A stretch of DNA of 64,000 bases, taken from contig NW_026865446.1 of NCBI RefSeq assembly GCF_026571515.1, forward strand, positions 186,001 through 250,000, written 5' to 3'. Position numbers and translations under genes: made by a program. The notes below the pieces were generated by a model. That model was not told the origin of the DNA and made no database searches. It was given only the letters and a program-made list of their open reading frames with translations. Origin of the DNA: Ruditapes philippinarum (lineage: Eukaryota). Of this stretch, positions 1-13,013 are shown piece by piece; the stretch's first letter is position 1, and each line of letters starts with the position of its first letter.

Positions 1-2313
1 TAATGGCACAAATCAGTCACCATATCTTTTTTGCATCAGTAATTTGTTGAATGGGTTAATTTTTCCTTAAATTTAAATGTTTTCAAAGTTCATCATTAAT
101 TTTTATTGTCACTCTCAGATTAGAGGCCCTGTGCCTAAATTGTTTTAGTCATTTTTGGGATGTTCGTCAGTTTTAATTTAAAAGCGTTGAGTACATTAAT
201 CATTTAACATTCGTTTTATATGTTGCTTTTTATTAAACGGCGGGTTATATAACTATTATAACGACTTATATAACCAATACCACCAGACGGTAGAAATATA
301 ACCTGGATTTAGACAAATTGTTATTTGTGAATATGACCCTTATATCGGCTATAAAATCAAATGATAAAGAAACCTGTTCTTAAAATATTTTGATATATTT
401 TCCTAGGATTCTGTTTATTGTATAAAATAAAAATCATTTGAAAAGAATTAGTTGCATCACTTACTTTTAAGAATATATCCCTATATCCCATCTATCGGTT
501 TGTATCCTCTATATTTGTTGATTTACAAATTTAATTATAGCATATATGTCCATCTTTTTAAACTGGAGCAAGATAACTCTTATCTTCTAAATGAAAACCT
601 GTGTTCAACTTAAATGTGTCAAAAACCAGGTCCGATACTAGTGCCTATCAACTGAACACATACATACAATTACTTCACTCTAGACATACTTCGTCCTTGA
701 TTGGTCTTGGTTATCTGTCGCTGTTATAACGTTTATTGCAGTACAGTAGGAAGGGAAGCAGATCATCCCGTTTATACGCATGCTTGTAACAAACGCGACT
801 CATGCATTTTATGCGATTTATGCAGTTTTATGGTTAATGAGGACCCATTTGACAAAGAGGCCTTCGATGGCTGTCGTGTACGAATCCCGGACATGTCGCC
901 ATGTATGTCCTTTAAGAGTTTATTTTGAAGAACAAAGTGGTGATAACTTTATGCCAATGCAATGGTCACTTATAATGGATTATTAGACAATTATGTGTAT
1001 TGAGCTAAAAGTAGGTCAGTATATGGTACTCAATAATAATCTAAACGTACAGTAACCCGAAACAATATGAAAAAGGGGGTTTTCCCTTAAAAGGGTTGTT
1101 GGTGTCAAGGTAATGCCTGCTTCTCAAGCCGTAACACCGTGCTAGGGGCTTATACATCCTAGCATACCTCCTCGTCGTTTCTACCTGTTGTGAAGGCCAC
1201 CCCCTCGGCAACAGTCACGACATCGGCAGGTGGTCCGCGATACAAATTTCGGTTTTTCATTTTTCGTCGTTAAAAGTTCTTCAGATTTCTGCCCATTCTC
1301 TGCGTCTTCTCAACGACGTCCGCGTACCGAGGGGAAGAAAGATCACGTCGCAAAGTTTCGCGTTCTACCTTAATTGAAATCAAGGTTGATGGCCGGCAGC
1401 GTAAAATGCCGATATCTGCCAGCAAACGAGTAATCTCACAGTGATAAATGTTGATAATAAAATAAATCATTTAATACTGCTGAATATTTGCATATGCGCT
1501 GTCACTGAGCAATTTGCACATGCGCTGTTAAAATGTTAAAAATTGCCATTTTCTCCGATTATCATTCATTACAGACTATAATATTTATTGTGTTGAACGA
1601 TAGATGCGTAGACAATTGTTAAATTTTAGTATGGTGTCCAATGCACAAAGAGATATGAGAGTGTATGTCAATGTTTGCCAAAGCAGATATAGGACAGACA
1701 ATGTGGCTTTGAATCACAGTAATGTGACATGACATAGTCTCTGCACTCTCTCTCTGCCCCTCCACCACACCACCCCCATCAAACATTCCTCCCCTGTCGA
1801 CGTGTTCTTTTCATCAGAGCTTGCATAAATAACGTGGCTATTTGGGTGATTTCATTGGTCAAGTATTTCATAGTAAAATTGCCTTTTTTATATATTTTGA
1901 TTAAAGAGAGACTGAAATGGCCAAAAAGAAGGATAAAATTAGTAAGATTTTAACTCTCTCGATACATGACCGGAAAGTTGCAAAGCTTTTATTTATATGC
2001 ATTTAAGCGAAGCCAAACGGAAATGGCCGAGAAGTTACGAAGCGTGTTTTATCATTTTTCTTGATTTTTCGCGAAACTAGGTGGAGTGTGCCGCAAATTT
2101 GAGATATACTATAATATTGAAACATAAAAATAATAATAATTGTGCTTTCGTAAGCGAATATTGCATTTCCTGCAAGAGATAATATCTGTGTGGCAGCGGT
2201 ATAGTCTGGTTAGATAATCTATATTGGATTATTTCCATTTCTCTGGGAGGAACTTTATCTCAGTCGTTGAGTGATTCTTTTTTTGTATCACGGTTTATAT
2301 TTAAAGAGAAATA

Positions 2314-5300
2314 ATGAATGTATTAGTTGGACTTTGTTTATTTGTATTTAATGGTAAGTCAAACACTTACAGGAATAATTTGTTCATGTATTTTACAGTT
2401 TATGTTTCGAATTTAAATTTATTAGACGATTTGTATTGAAATGGATAGATAAACACAGACATTTACCTGCGGCCAAGTTGGACTGCATGAATAATAATAG
2501 TTTGAATTATCTTTTTCCTGTAGATCCACAAACTGAAACGGTTGATAAAGGTATATACTATCTTTGTCATTATAGTGACATTATACTATTATTTTCATTG
2601 TCAAGTGGAGCTAAAAACCGCCTCCGTGGTCGAGGGGTTAGAGTCGATGACTTCTAATCCAGTTACCTCTCTGGCGTGGGTTCGATCCCCGGGAGATGCT
2701 TTGGTAGTTTAGCGCGGAGGAAGGTAGTCTCGTACTGGTGTAACTCTCCAGGAACGATGGTTAGAAAACTACCCGCCTATATGACTGAAATACTGTTGGA
2801 AAAGGCGTAAAATGCAACAAACAATCAAGTGGACTCACTCTATGCCATGAAAATGCCATAATGTCCCTTAAAGGATTTTTTCTATCAGTCTTTTTTTAAT
2901 CATTTGCCTCTAGGTCGTGTATTTTACAGTTCTAATTTTAAGTTATTATTTTCTGTCTCTTAGAAATTAATAATGTCACTGTTAAGTTAATATTTACATA
3001 TATATATATATATTCAGCATCCTTTAGATTTTCATTTTGAAAATTAATCGAACACAATGTTTGAAAAGCAAATATAATTTTATTTTTGAAATGAGTTCAA
3101 AGTGATAAAAAGACCCCCTCCCCCGCCAAGAAAAAAGACACTGAATAGGCCCTGTAAATATGGTGAATTCATTGTTTTAAAAACACTTATATGTCATTTA
3201 TCTTGAGGACCTTGTAGATATATTAATTTATAATATAATACAATAAAAGGCGTAAATGACTTCTTATGATATTCCTAAATCGAGCATCGCCGTTCTTAAA
3301 AATCACTGACGATCGTATTGACTATGATTCAACAAGAGACTCCATGTAGCGTCTACTTGCTGCATTGATCAAGCCATGCATGCATTAAAAAATATCGAGG
3401 GAACAAGGAGGAAAACTGGCGCCATTTGGCTTCTAGTCAATTCTGGACATAGAACTCAATACTGCGAATAGAGAAACGATATGAATAGACTGATTTAGGC
3501 AATTTATCTTTTCTTGTCAAATTATGACATTTATTTGGAAGAAACTGTGATATACAAAACTACAGAGGGAAATAGATATTGATTTTCTATTCTTATGAAA
3601 ATTAAGTAATAATATATAAGCAACCGGTGCACGGCATTACGTCGAAAGACATTTTATAGAATTCGACAATTAAAGGAAAGGACAAATGGTCGAATACAAC
3701 AAAGTATAGAATGGAAATTTGATAGAAAAGAATATACTGTCGACACAACTGTACATATTGCTGAAAAACTGTAATGCTGTAAAATTTAGTTGCATAATCA
3801 GTTTGTTTTCTTGTAATTTTATGTTATTTCTTGAAGTGAAATAAACATATTAAAACACAAGGAATATTTTTATTAGGCATAATGCAGAACACAAAGCTTA
3901 GTCTTTCTATAGTCTTCCTGTAAAGTAAAGACCTCTTTAACAACGAAAGTATATTAATACGTAAAAAGGTATAGAGCTATATCTTAAAAGAAACAAATTA
4001 TAAAAAATAATAAAAGTACAATTATGTTGTTTTTATAATCTTAAAGATCTTGTTTCACAATTTTTTTATGGTTTTATATCATACATATAATGCTCAAATG
4101 GAGATTTATCAATATTGTTAGTTCAAAAAGCATTATTTGTAAAGATGTAACGACACTTTCATTTCATGCAGGTAATTAGAAATTTATCTTCTGTGAAGTC
4201 CCAGTCAAATTTTTCAATAAGAAATGAATGCATATATTTTAATAATTACATTTAATGTGGGCAAATATTTGCAGTACATGTTTTACAGGTTCTTCGATGT
4301 TTGAAAACTGTTTTAGAAGCATAATTGTATACATATTTGAAATTTCGCTTTAGTGTGGTTGCAACCTTAATAACAACATTCAGGATCTTTAAAGAGTTTT
4401 ATCATAGAACAACTAGTGTTATTTTACATATACGAGTATGAATATCGTATGTGAACAGAATTAAATGATCTCGAAAAAATATTATGCTGCTATCTTAAGA
4501 AAGATTTTTTACTGCTTAGAAACGATTTTGTGCATAAACATTTCTTTTAAATGAGATTACAAACACATCTTTTCTTATATAGATATTTTGTCAGTAGTAC
4601 TTTTACACAATTATTTTTTTTGAAGCCTATAACATTATAAACTTTACCGTCAGCTGTGTAAATATCGAGATTTCTAACTTTTTTTTCATAATAGAAAAAA
4701 ACAAACTTTGCTGAACCAACAAAAGATTGCAAAACATTTAAAGCGTTATATATATATATATAACTTCAGTGAAGCAACAGCTTATAGATCCTGTATGTTG
4801 TTGTTAAGAATGTAACAACACTTAAGTAAAATTGTATACATGTACATCATTATTCTCCTGAAACAATTTCCAAATATCCAAGAATATGTTGAGTATATAC
4901 TGCAAATATTTTTCGCATTATGAGTAATCATTAAAATCAATGCATTCATTATTTATTGAAAAAGTTGCCTAAGACTTTATCGAAAATAGATTTCTGATAA
5001 TCTTCCTTTATTTACATGAAATGTAAATTCGGTAATATCGTTGCAAATGCATTATGAACTTACAATATTGAGCATCAGATTTATAGTATAAAACTATAAA
5101 ACATTTGCGTTACAGGATCTTTAAGGTTAGAACTAATGTGTTTATAAATAGCAAACGTTGATGAACAAATAACTTTATATATACATATAACATCAGAACG
5201 TTACATATCTAAACCAAACCTTCATTGAATAAAAATATTAATATACGAATGTCTCTGTTTCAGTTCGTTATGCATCTTCCATACAGTGCTACGACTGCCT

Positions 5301-6833
5301 TACAGACTGCAATGACCCATTTGATTCCAGTGGCGTAAAGAAATCAGAATGTGATGGTTCCTGTATGAAGACAGAAAAAGATGGAAGTAAGTTTGGCAGA
5401 AAAGATGTACTTGTTTTTTTCTACTTTGTTTTTTGTTGTTTTTTGTTTAATTAGTTTATAACAATTTTTATTATTATAACTAGGTTATATCCTAAATAAC
5501 TTTGGTTCCTTTGCAAATATTAGCATAATATGATCCAAAGCATTGAATACAAAACATTTGATTTTGTTTTCTGCATTTGAACATTGGAACTGAAAATTGT
5601 ACATTACCCTAATGTGCTATTATGGTTGATAAAACAAAACTGAACAGTACAAAAAAATGTTTTTGTTCCTATGGACCCGCATGTAAAACAGCATATCTAA
5701 AACTAAGTGACGTTGTAACAGAAAGACTAAAAAAGAAAATGATACAGATCCTGTCTGGTTGAGCCAAAGACGGTAGTTGTAATTGCTTATACCGTGCATA
5801 TTCCCTGGTACCAAGTTTAGCAGAAACAAAACATGGAAATTACAAATTTCAAAACATCTAGAAATGCCTAAATATTCTTCATTACTATGGTCATTAGATG
5901 ACAGCGTTGTGCTGGGTAATTTGACCGGTTTGCATGACTGTCTCTTAACATCATACTTTAATTTTGATCAAATATTATCATATTATGCCGTTTTTATACT
6001 TTGAACCCTTGAATTTTGATATTATTTTGACCTGTGACATTGACTCCGATAAACTTTACTTACATAGTCAAATTTTAATTATTATCCCTTTTTATATACG
6101 GCTTTCTCTTTAATTATTGTATTTTCGTTATACAAATATATGTAAATGACATGAAATACTGTCAAAACCAGTTTTCAGTAAAATGAAAATATATTTAAAA
6201 GTAAAAAAATATGCAAAAATAAGCTTTACTGCGTTAGTTACGCAGTAGAAATGTGGTAATACAATATTGCAAAATCAGTCTTTAACCGCACATAGCATGC
6301 CAAATATATAGCTTGTATCATGAATAGTTTTACTTTTCTTAAAGGGTTAGTACATTTTTCTCAATATTGATTTTCTTGAAATATTTGAAATATTTTGGCT
6401 CATCTAGAGACGTGCAGCTTTTAGAAAATTTAATGTAGAAGAACACTCGACTGACTATCCGGCATTTACCAATCAGAGACGTAGTTTAGGAAATCTAGAT
6501 AATTATTTTAATCCTTACATTCAAAAAAGTGTCTTTTTTATAAAAGAATCATTAAATTGTGATATGACACCAACATGTACAAGGAAGTCCTTACCATACA
6601 CAACTGATTAATATCCCTGTTTAATCCTTTTAACGAATACGTTTGCTTTCATTTTTCTTTCAGCTGCTGTAAGGAATTGTCTTCCACTGCTCAAAAAGGA
6701 TTCGTGCGAAGAGGCGGCTGGAGCCAATGTTTGCCATTGTACATCTAACCTGTGTAATGGGGTCTCCAAAATTTTAGTGCCATCCGCTAGTTTTATCTTT
6801 GCCGTTATCATGCTCGGTTTGAAGGTATTCTAG
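2314..6833 (+). CDS. Ly6/uPAR three-finger protein, quiver/sleepless-like, predicted GPI-anchored (110 aa, 3 exons)
   Basis: Exons 2314-2353, 5264-5386 and 6664-6833, with GT-AG phase-1 introns, splice to MNVLVGLCLFVFNVRYASSIQCYDCLTDCNDPFDSSGVKKSECDGSCMKTEKDGTAVRNCLPLLKKDSCEEAAGANVCHCTSNLCNGVSKILVPSASFIFAVIMLGLKVF*. This has a signal peptide, the IxCYxC...CxDPF start, 10 Cys ending in CxCxxxLCN, and a hydrophobic C-terminal tail. Confidence 0.9.
2610..2824 (+). mobile_element. tRNA-derived SINE (family 1), in intron 1 of the Ly6 gene
   Basis: A box (TGGTCGAGGGG), B box (GGTTCGATCCC) and CAAA-type tail. Flanked by the direct repeat TCAAGTGGA (2601-2609, 2825-2833). A closely similar inverted copy lies at 63023-63246. 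Confidence 0.85.
4045..4388. mobile_element. TTAA-flanked MITE (AGATC..GATCT termini)
   Basis: ttaa|agatcttg ... caggatct|ttaa. Its reverse complement aligns with 4786-5120 and with about 32660-32930. Confidence 0.7.
4786..5120. mobile_element. Second copy of the same MITE, inverted relative to 4045-4388
   Basis: ttat|agatcctg ... caggatct|ttaa. The interior is homologous to the reverse complement of 4045-4388 and is in the same orientation as 32660-32930. Confidence 0.7.
6220..6420. repeat. Dispersed repeat fragment shared with about 36885-37030
   Basis: The blocks ttactgcgttagt.acg.agta, tacatttttctcaa and tattttggctcatctagag occur at both loci. Confidence 0.55.
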
Positions 6834-9800
6834 CGTGTTTTTACATCATTACGTTATAAGTTTTCTATATAACCGTTTGCTAGTTGTATATAACTTGCTT
6901 ATAAGAAAAATCAATAGCTTTTGAATGGAAAATGACAAGTGTAACGGACACGCTCAAGAGTTGGAGGCAACTTTGTGTCTGCATTCAGGGGTTATTTATC
7001 ATTAGCTAAATTCAGAAGTGCTCCACTGGGATGTTTTATATATCACTTTTTTATAGATGTATATTTTTCTTAGACAATTGACAGGGAACCAAGGCTTTGG
7101 CTGTTAATAAAACAAAGAGGCCATTATGGCAGACATGTAGATAACATGAAAGCAAATAGATAAAACATGTGTCAGTTTAAACGATTTTTATCAGTCATAT
7201 TATTAAATTCAAAATTAACTTTGATTGTTCAATTGGTGAAGAAAAAGAAAACAGTTCGACAAGAGTTAATACTGTTAACTACCTACTTCAAACAGTTTGA
7301 TATAGAATCTCCTGAAAATAATAGAGTAGCTCCAAATACATTATTACCCAAACGTTGTGATGTGAACATTAATAAAAGAAATACAAAAAGTAGTCACGAT
7401 GATTAAAACATTTTAGTTGTTAAACCTAGTATATATGCTTTAGGATTTGTGATGCACATTGAAGTTGGCTGAAGTATAAATAGAATCGATGTACATATTG
7501 TATATATGAAAAATATCATGTATCGGTGCATTCATTATCCTTCAGATTTCAGTGATTATCAATAATTTTTGTTTCGTATTTATTCTGATTTCTGTCTTTT
7601 ATTATCTTATATATCTATGCATATATTATTGTTTGAAAATAAAGTCTGTGAAATGTTTAAAAGGTTTGCTTAGCATTATGTCCATTAGCCTAATTAAAGT
7701 TGATTTAAACGAAGTTGTTTATTCTTTACATATATAAATCATTGTCTTCTCATTTAAGATGGTTCTTTTATGATTGCTGAGTTTGAGCATATTCGAATTT
7801 CTTTGTTACGGTATGACTAGGAATCGCATCAAAAATGGATTTGCAAAAAAAAAATCTGATATACAAGACGGCGTTCAATAAACGCAGCCCCCACACGACC
7901 CAGCAACAAGAAATCTGCGCAACATCAATTACTAAACGCAGTAATTATTCTGGTAACTTAATCAATATTGCTCTTACGATTCATTCGTTATAGATAAATT
8001 ATTACTTTGTCATTTGATGTGGTTGTTTTATGACTATTGATGTTAAATACATTCGAATTTTAGACTCTTGATACATAACACAATAAGAAAGACGCGGACA
8101 TTTTGTGACGGTTTGATTATGCAACTTATTTTAAATATTTTTATATTGTATTCATGAATTATCCTCGAAATTATCATTGTTTACCTTTTTTTAAAATTAA
8201 TGTTATTTTCTAACTTGCTTTATCTAATTAATCTAGGCAGATTATATGATATGGTATTATATTTTTACATTTTATAAAAAAGTCGAAATTGTAACAGGTT
8301 TGTTAAACACAATGGCCAAAATCATTATCAAAATTCTGGAAAAAGGGAGATCACTCAAAGCGTAAAAGTGTATATTGGAGTCTCCGTTTAATTGAATATG
8401 TTCATTAGATATAACATAAAGTACTTCATCAGCATCGAATTTCAAGTACCCTTTACATTATACAATTGAAAATACCAGCACGATCATTTGTCAGCTTTTG
8501 AACTAGAAAAAATAAGGTTGAATAAAAAAAAAGGTAATTCCTGCTGTTTTTTTTCTGTCTTTTTTGTGTGTTTTTATTGATATGTTCGAAATGTTTTTGT
8601 ATTGATGTAATTTGTGAAAGTAAATAAAACTATAAAAGTAATAGGAAAATATCTAACGTTACCTTGGTGTTCAACCACATCGGATTATGTACTCAAAATG
8701 GGCGGATTATTATATTCGAACAATTCAAACCGCTGGCAATGAAACGATGCATTTCAGTTTATCTACTTCCGTTGCACATGTGCTTGTCTATTAGCTTTGT
8801 ATCTACCTTGTTCAAATCTATTTTATATCTACACTTTACATTACTTTTTTTTCTGAAGCACTCGATAGTAAAGTACAAACTAGTGCTAGAATAAACGGAA
8901 ACATTCATGACATGACAAGGTTAAAAACGTCAAGGACATTTTAACTTGCTCTTAAAGCATTATTCAAACGTTATAAAAGTTATGTTTTTTCCTTTATAAA
9001 GAATGAAATATTTATTCGTTAAGAGCTATTCTGCAGACTTGGAAATTGAATTATAATTATTATATCATATTCAAGTCTAGAACTTCTTCCATGTTTTGTT
9101 TTCAACTTTTTGTATTTTTTGCCTATTTCTTGTTTTTCATGGGATTGCATATGTATATATTGGCAGTCAAATTACTAAATGTAAAATATGTAAATACGGA
9201 AACAATTATAATGAACAAGATACGCTTTAACCCCGATTTAACGAAAAAGGGGACGGAATCTTACCAGTCAATGACTCGCTGGGGAAAAGTTTTGAGTCAA
9301 ACCAGTTTTTTCATGTTTTTTGATGTTGCTTTTGTTTTGTTGTACACTAAAATATTTTAGAATGTTGTAATGTTTTAACTTTACTGTGAAAGAATTGGAT
9401 AAATAGAGATGATTCGCCAAATTTGTTTTAAGTTCCGTACAATTTTATGATTTTAAACATGTTCAGCAAAACACATCGACGCCGGTACGAAACAAAAAAA
9501 AAACCGAAACATTTAATTTCTTTAGTCAATTCATTTTTACCTAATATGATAACTCTTACGTTATAAAAGTAAGTAACAAACAAAACGGAGCGATCGAATA
9601 GTGAATTTATTTATATACTGTGCTTAACACTGACAAATAAATTAAATCATTTAAGGGCAGCACTACGAGAGACTCCAACTGTTAAAATTAAATACAAATA
9701 TAAAAAAAACTTGTTTACTTGATTTTTACGAATCAAAAATAAAACTATTTAACACAACATGACATTGACTGCTAATAATAACAGCTCCTACCATAAACCA

Positions 9801-10473
9801 AAACAAAATTCCACCGGCAATAATTTTTAAAATGATTTTACACGTGCTTCTAACAGCTAAATGACATACCAAAGTAGCCAATCACATTTAGTATAACAAA
9901 CTTATGATACACCCTATAACCGATCGTAAGCCCGTTTACATATTCAAATTATGTTATTTTGACAAACATTTATCATAACAATGAAAATGGTTTATATCTA
10001 ATTGTCATTTTAACTTCTAATTTGACGAACTTTTCTTAAATATTGAAATACCATAATCGCAGTAAACAACATCCGTCAGCTTGCATTTTGTTTCACTGCC
10101 AGAAATGTATATGTAGATAAACTTTCAAATTTTATTAAACAACATTCCGTAGAAATGTATACTATATTGACATACAATTATGAACTGAAATTTGTAATAA
10201 AAACAAAAAAAAATTTAATCAAATAAGATAATTAAAACATGTACAATTAATCAACCATAAGTGTCAATATGTTACACAAAAAAAACGAATAAGATGTAAA
10301 CAGAACATTGACAGAATTAACAAAATTTACTTAAAGCACTAGAAAAGTAATCTTTAAAGCACCAGAAAAGTTCACTGTACAAAATCTGCTGGATGCGCTA
10401 GATGCGTTTTTCGGTACATAAGTTAGGATGACCGTTATTGGTGCTCTCGTTTGCTATTGTGTTTTTGCTTAGT

Positions 10474-10650
10474 TTGTGCGTGCGCGTATGCGAGTGTGTG
10501 TGCGTTGGTGCGCTCGCACGTGTGTGTGAGTGAAATATGTGCGCGCATACATGTGTGTGTCTGCGTGCGTGTATGTATGTATGTATGTATGTATGTATGT
10601 ATGTATGTATGTATTTGAACATGCGTGCGTGTATGTGCTTGCGCGTGTGC
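10474..10650. repeat. Compound (TG/CG)n and (ATGT)n microsatellite
   Basis: A perfect tatgtatg run at about 10571-10612 inside a degenerate TG/CG tract. Confidence 0.95.
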
Positions 10651-11382
10651 TTTTTTGTTTTTTATATTCTTTTTGACAAATTTTACTACACATGTATGCC
10701 ATTTATAGCTCCACAAACCATAAAATATTTACTAAAACATGAGTTATATTATATGGCCAATATTTATTTATTTTAAAAACTATAATAAGATACCGAAAAT
10801 TAAATAAAAAAAAATTAGAAAAAGAAATATGAAAAGGATAGCATGTCGCGGACATAATCGGCCTTAAATGAGTTTTGATTATTATTGTTTTTTATCTCAG
10901 TTCAAATGTCATTCGACTGCATATTGGTTATATTTGTAAAGCAACGTTTACAATGTTACATATGTTGATTTTGTTTTGCAAACGAAATACAATTTCGTAG
11001 ACATAGGCATAAACAGTGTACTGAGAAACTGAGAAATGTATTTCTTTTTCGCAATGATATGGTGTTTATTAGGATTTCTGCCGGGTATGTGTGTATTTTT
11101 TTGTTCTGAATGTTTTTTTTTTCTTTCTTTTTTTTTGATTTTTTTTTCTTGTTTTTGTTTTATTTAATCAAAGTCATGATGATAAGAAAACTTATTACTT
11201 TAATTAGTCATTTAATTACTACGTAACATAGATAACTTTCAAGACAGCCTTTGAATTATCAAAATTAATTTTTAGAAATAAACATGCATTAATTAAAAAG
11301 TTGACATTTCATACATTCTCAAAAGCGAGGTCGAAGTACTTTTGAGAGATAATTTCCTTTACATATACCGACGGCTGAACGC

Positions 11383-11890
11383 AACACTGGCCTAACTTGA
11401 TTTTTGTAAAATTAAAGAAGGCTATAAAATTTAAAAATTCTATATAAAATTGATATTTTTGTTATTGCTTTTAGATCTCTTCATTTAAAAAAGTTTTAAA
11501 AAATATATATCAAAGGAGTTTTGCGAATAAATTTAACTTAATACAAACAAATATTTGAAATGATCTTAGTTGGATCAGTTTTCCATTTATAAATCACAAA
11601 ATTTCCATGATAAATTGTCAGCAAAACTGGTCTAACTTGACTTAGCCCTATGTTGCAGAGGCTATAAAAACTTTACAAATTCTATGAATTTGATTTTTAT
11701 GTTACTATTTTTAGATCTCTTTATTCTTAAAAGTTAAATTATATTAAGAAGGAGTTTTATAAATCAATATCACTTAATAAAAATATATTTGAAATGATCT
11801 GAGTTGGATCAGCTTTCCATTTATAAATCACGGAATTTCCATGATAAATTGTCAGCAAAACTGGTCTAACTTGATGTAGCTCTATGTTAC
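11383..11890. repeat. Local tandem duplication, unit about 235-240 bp, about 2.1 copies
   Basis: actgg(c/t)ctaacttga occurs three times (about 11386, 11626, 11860). gaaatgatct.agttggatcag...tttccatgataaattgtcagcaaaactggtc occurs twice. Confidence 0.8.
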
Positions 11891-12129
11891 AATTTCAAAA
11901 AGGGTCAACTAAGGTCAAACGCATAATCAATGAGTTCTATGTTTGAAAAAAGGATAATAAGTGTTTATACGGTATTTGCACTATGATAGACATCAGACTG
12001 TGGTACTATCACAAGAAATATTTTAAAAGATATATATAGATTTAGAAATTTAATGATTTAGGGAAAAAAATCAAATTTTTTATTATATACTTATAAATGA
12101 AATATTGAGAAATATTGATGAAATAAAAT

Positions 12130-12480
12130 GCGTATTTTCATTTTCCGTATTTTCACTGTAAAAATTTATTTTTCACTGCAGTGAAACATATTTTCCGTAT
12201 TTTCACTGGTGTCTTGCCGAACTACTTTCTTTTAAATTCTGCCAGTACACAAAATTTAAGGGAAAGTATTTCAAATTTTATCGCAAAAAAGAAAAATATA
12301 TATATAATAAACAGAAAATTCAAGTTTTTTCTATAAATACATGATTTATTTTCATCTTGTGGCATGAAAATTACCATATTTCACTCGTGGCTACCGCCAC
12401 TCATGAAATATTTATTTTCATACCACTCGATGAAAATAAATAATGTATTTATAGAAAAAACTTGAATATCCTCTATTTAT
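12130..12480 (-). mobile_element. Non-autonomous element with a long terminal palindrome (Crypton-like assignment tentative)
   Basis: Imperfect palindrome at 12318-12467 ending in aatatcctctat. Repeated tttcactg motifs, as in the 13783 element in the opposite orientation. Confidence 0.5.
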
Positions 12481-12614
12481 TAAGCATTATTCAATGTTAC
12501 ATTGAAATTGATTTTTGAATATTTTATCCTATTCTGAAATGTAATATATAGCTTTTTTACAATCACAACATAAAAACAACAAATAAGGCCTTTCATAAAG
12601 AAAATCATGAAAAG

Positions 12615-12619
<5 letters not shown>

Positions 12620-12656
<37 letters not shown>
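12620..12656. repeat. Poly-A tract
   Basis: About 37 consecutive A. Confidence 0.9.
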
Positions 12657-12657
<1 letters not shown>

Positions 12658-13013
12658 TCGAATTATTATGCAAGTTAATAATTACGAAATAGAAAAAATA
12701 AGAATCGCTAAAGAAAGCCCATAAGGCAAAATTGAAAATGTTGCAGGCTCAGTTTGTTTGAGACAATAGAGACGCCTAGCGGTCATACTAATAATTTTGT
12801 ACAACCGCTAGTGTTACTAGCAATGAAGACTGACTATTATGCTGTAAGTAACTCATATTATCAGGCCAAAGCAAATAATGTCTGAAATAAATAATACTGA
12901 TTGTTAAAAACCATGAGTTCTATTGAAAAAACAAGTCATTTTCAAAGGAATCCATTCCCAAGGAATGATTTTATGTGTCTTAAACCTTGTATATCTCGTG
13001 GTCAACGTCACAA

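Noticed and set aside
1080-1540. GC/CpG-rich island with a 66-aa minus-strand ORF
   Set aside because: No recognisable domain or termini. It is probably a transposon fragment but cannot be supported.
10398-10776. HTYI/YVCM-repeat ORFs
   Set aside because: They are translations of a microsatellite in several frames.
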